Below are positions 18,091 through 20,000 of a stretch of DNA of 20,000 nucleotides, piece after piece. The notes under the pieces are model-generated. The model had not been told where the DNA came from. It was given only the letters and a program-made list of their open reading frames with translations, and did not search any database. The stretch's first letter is position 1. Each line of letters begins with the position of its first letter. Source of the stretch: Chthonomonadaceae bacterium (lineage in GTDB: Bacteria; Armatimonadota; Chthonomonadetes; Chthonomonadales; Chthonomonadaceae); the NCBI GenBank assembly GCA_035650735.1, contig DASRGZ010000143.1, positions 56,266 through 76,265 on the forward strand, given 5' to 3'. Both the position numbers and the translations under genes were made by a program.

Positions 18091-18306
18091 CTATTTGCCC
18101 TCCTGGGCTGGCTGCTGGCCCTCGTGCGCCAGTTGGTGTAGAGCCTCCATCGGGATGCGGCGGCACTTGCCAAGCTGAACGGAAGGCAGCTTGCCAGCGG
18201 CCATCAGGCGGAGCAGGGTGGACTCGGAGATAGCAAGCATCCTTGCTGCCGCAGGGACGGTCAGCAAGAGCGGCTGCGTCGCTTCGCGCGTTGCCGCATA
18301 GGGCAT
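18091..18306 (-). CDS. xis: Excisionase-like HTH_17 DNA-binding protein (71 aa)
   Basis: LLTVPAAARMLAISESTLLRLMAAGKLPSVQLGKCRRIP matches the excisionase winged-HTH pattern; AAAGGAG SD. Confidence 0.88.
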   Translation of the reverse strand: MPYAATREATQPLLLTVPAAARMLAISESTLLRLMAAGKLPSVQLGKCRRIPMEALHQLAHEGQQPAQEGK

Positions 18307-18354
18307 TGGTTCAAATCTCCTTTAGAAGCCGGATAGCGTAACGTACAGCTTTCA

Positions 18355-18424
18355 GGTAGTGTACCCATAGAGAGTTGATACTTCGTCGCCGATGACCTTA
18401 TCAACTCTGTAGAGGGACACTACC
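18355..18424. mobile_element. 70-bp MITE with 26-bp terminal inverted repeats and 8-bp target-site duplication
   Basis: GGTAGTGTACCCATAGAGAGTTGATA (18355-18380) vs TATCAACTCTGTAGAGGGACACTACC (18399-18424), 22/26 complementary. Flanked exactly by AGCTTTCA at 18347-18354 and 18425-18432. Confidence 0.85.
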
Positions 18425-18491
18425 AGCTTTCATGCGGCTCCATTAGTAACTATGCGGGCATGGAGGAGTGCGTAACAGGGCGTGCAAGTGC

Positions 18492-18730
18492 AAGGAGTCG
18501 CGCGACTCCTTTTGTGGATGATGGATAAACACAGGAGGGGGGAAGGAGTTTAACCGAGGTCGAGGGGTCAAATTGTGCAGACACGTCTGCACTTTGGGGT
18601 GAGCGTAGGGATAAGCGGGTGATGGCCTGTCTACCCCGAACGCGGAGTTGGCAGAGCCGCAACGAAAAAATTAGTGCAGCAAGCAGGAAGGGCAGGAGTG
18701 CCTGGCTAATCTAGATATTACCTGCTTGCT
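18492..18730. promoter_or_regulatory. Palindrome-rich divergent intergenic region
   Basis: Perfect 20-bp palindrome AAGGAGTCGCGCGACTCCTT (18492-18511); GTGCAGAC-AC-GTCTGCAC (18575-18592); AGCAAGCAGG/CCTGCTTGCT (18678-18687 / 18721-18730). Confidence 0.6.
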
Positions 18731-18810
18731 TCGACCCTCCTAAAGCCAGCAGAGCCCTTCCATTCGTGGATGCCCTATACCGTACCCCTATCCGCAGGAG
18801 GCTTCTTCAG

Positions 18811-19861
18811 ATGAATGGCAAGATGCTGGCATCAGGCTACAGAACGGTGCTTCTCCTCGTCACTGTGTTGTTAGGCTTGCTTCAACGGCAGGCGCTCGCC
18901 CAGACGCCACCGCCCCTGGATCAAACAGCCAGTCCCTCCGGCATCGGCATTCTCTCTGGCCTGGACACCAAAACACCGGCACCCGCTCACCCTGCCGAAG
19001 ACGGGCATCTGGTCGTTACGGCAGCCCGTACTCAGGCTTTGGCGCTGCCCGGCACCATTGTCGAAATCGTTCCGGCGCTCCCCCTGCCAGGTTTTGAGAC
19101 TGCCATGATCGCGGTCGAGATTGACGGACAAGAACAGGCCAGGCAGATCGTTGACCCCACCAGCCCGCTGCCGGTGGTCAGAGTGCCCCCGCCCACAGGA
19201 GAGGTGGGCCGCAAGCGCGTGCGCGTCGTCCTCTTTAACCACTTCAAAGAGCCTGCCGAGTCCTCCCAGTGTGTTATCCGAGCGCGGATGCACGCCAGCG
19301 TGCAGATGACCGCCCAGTTGCAGGGCGAACAGCTTCGCCTGGCTATCGCGGACAGGGCCTCTCTCCAGGGCGTCTATGTGTTTGAAGGCGCTACCTATCT
19401 GGGACGGCTGGAGGACAATACCGAGCAGGCCCTCCTGGATGCCCGGACGCTGCTGCCCGGCTCCCATCGCTTCTGGGTCGTTGCCGAGACCGCCGAAGGC
19501 GTTTTGTTGCCCCCGATCAGCCAGATGGTGAAGATAGAGCCGCGCTATCGGATCAGCCTCCCCGCCCAGACAGGCCCCATCCTGGTGCCCCAGGACAACC
19601 CGGATAAGAAGCTCTCCGTCAAGGTGGAGCGCGCCGAAGGGGTCGGCATCGCCAAGACCCGGTTGCTGGTGGACGGCACCATCGTGGGCGAGAGCGAAGA
19701 GGCGGTCATCCAGATGGAGGTGCCCCTGCGCAACGTGCCCTCCGGCCCGACGACCATAGAGGTCATCGGCATCGGCAAAGACGGCCACCTCTATCCCAGT
19801 GAGAGCCTGCCCATTGAAGTGCAGAACAAAGCCTGGGAGGCGCATGTTGCCAATACGCTGG
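18811..19861 (+). pseudogene. Secreted beta-rich (Ig-like?) protein, first ~350 codons, interrupted by IS21
   Basis: Open frame from ATG 18811 (AGGAGG SD) to the window end, so absent from the ORF track. Signal peptide MNGKMLASGYRTVLLLVTVLLGLLQRQALA|QTPP; beta-strand-like segments such as KTRLLVDGTIVG and TTIEVIGIG. Confidence 0.75.
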
Positions 19862-20000
19862 TGTTGAACGACAAATATCCTTCCTGGTCGGCGACAATTA
19901 GATTTCCCGTTGCCTCTTTTTCAGGATGGTGCGATTTCTGCTGCTTGCTGCTGGCTTTGCGCCTGCTCCATACGGTAACTGGGCAGGTTCAACTCCAGGA
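19862..20000 (-). mobile_element. Right end of an IS21-family insertion sequence
   Basis: Plus-strand end reads TGTTGAA... (element ends in CA). Sub-terminal repeats CGACAAATATCCTTCC (19869-19884) and CGACAATTAGATTTCC (19892-19907); adjacent IstB-like C-terminus. Confidence 0.8.
19921..20000 (-). CDS. istB: C-terminal fragment of IS21 helper ATPase IstB
   Basis: Minus strand translates LELNLPSYRMEQAQSQQQAAEIAPS*; LELNxxSYR matches the conserved IstB C-terminal motif. Confidence 0.75.
   Translation of the reverse strand, partial: LELNLPSYRMEQAQSQQQAAEIAPS

Larger units (their letters stand above)
3473..18800. mobile_element. tRNA-Thr-adjacent genomic island / phage-satellite-like element with defence cargo; right boundary uncertain
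   Basis: Begins at the tRNA 3' end with a visible drop in GC. Carries excisionase-like and small-terminase-like genes, short orphan ORFs and a restriction-like operon. No integrase or convincing attR seen. Confidence 0.65.

Noticed and set aside
18797..18804. GGAGGCTT identical to the tRNA 3' end (3466-3473) as possible attR
   Set aside because: Only 8 bp and it coincides with the SD of the 18811 gene, so it is explained without att; not excluded but unsupported.

Overview
GC-rich bacterial DNA. The left flank looks like core genome: a foldback repeat, an FKBP-type PPIase lipoprotein, a DUF6785/DUF6784-like membrane protein and tRNA-Thr(TGT) with a near-consensus promoter. An accessory island starts just after the tRNA. 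It has small minus-strand phage/satellite-like genes at both ends (zinc-binding proteins on the left; an excisionase-like HTH, two hypotheticals and a putative small terminase on the right). Between them lies an opposite-strand 10.5-kb defence-like operon: SNF2 helicase with C-terminal DUF3883-like nuclease, YhcG/DUF1016 nuclease, DUF1156 adenine methyltransferase (split by a +1 frameshift) and DUF499 AAA+ ATPase. I found no integrase in the window. Non-coding features include a promoter-leader-terminator RNA, a 35-bp repeat pair, a 70-bp MITE with an 8-bp target duplication, and a yhcG-internal palindrome with a compensated copy upstream of the excisionase. At the right edge a secreted-protein gene missing from the ORF track is interrupted by an IS21-family element. 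Family calls come from motif recognition by eye, not database searches.
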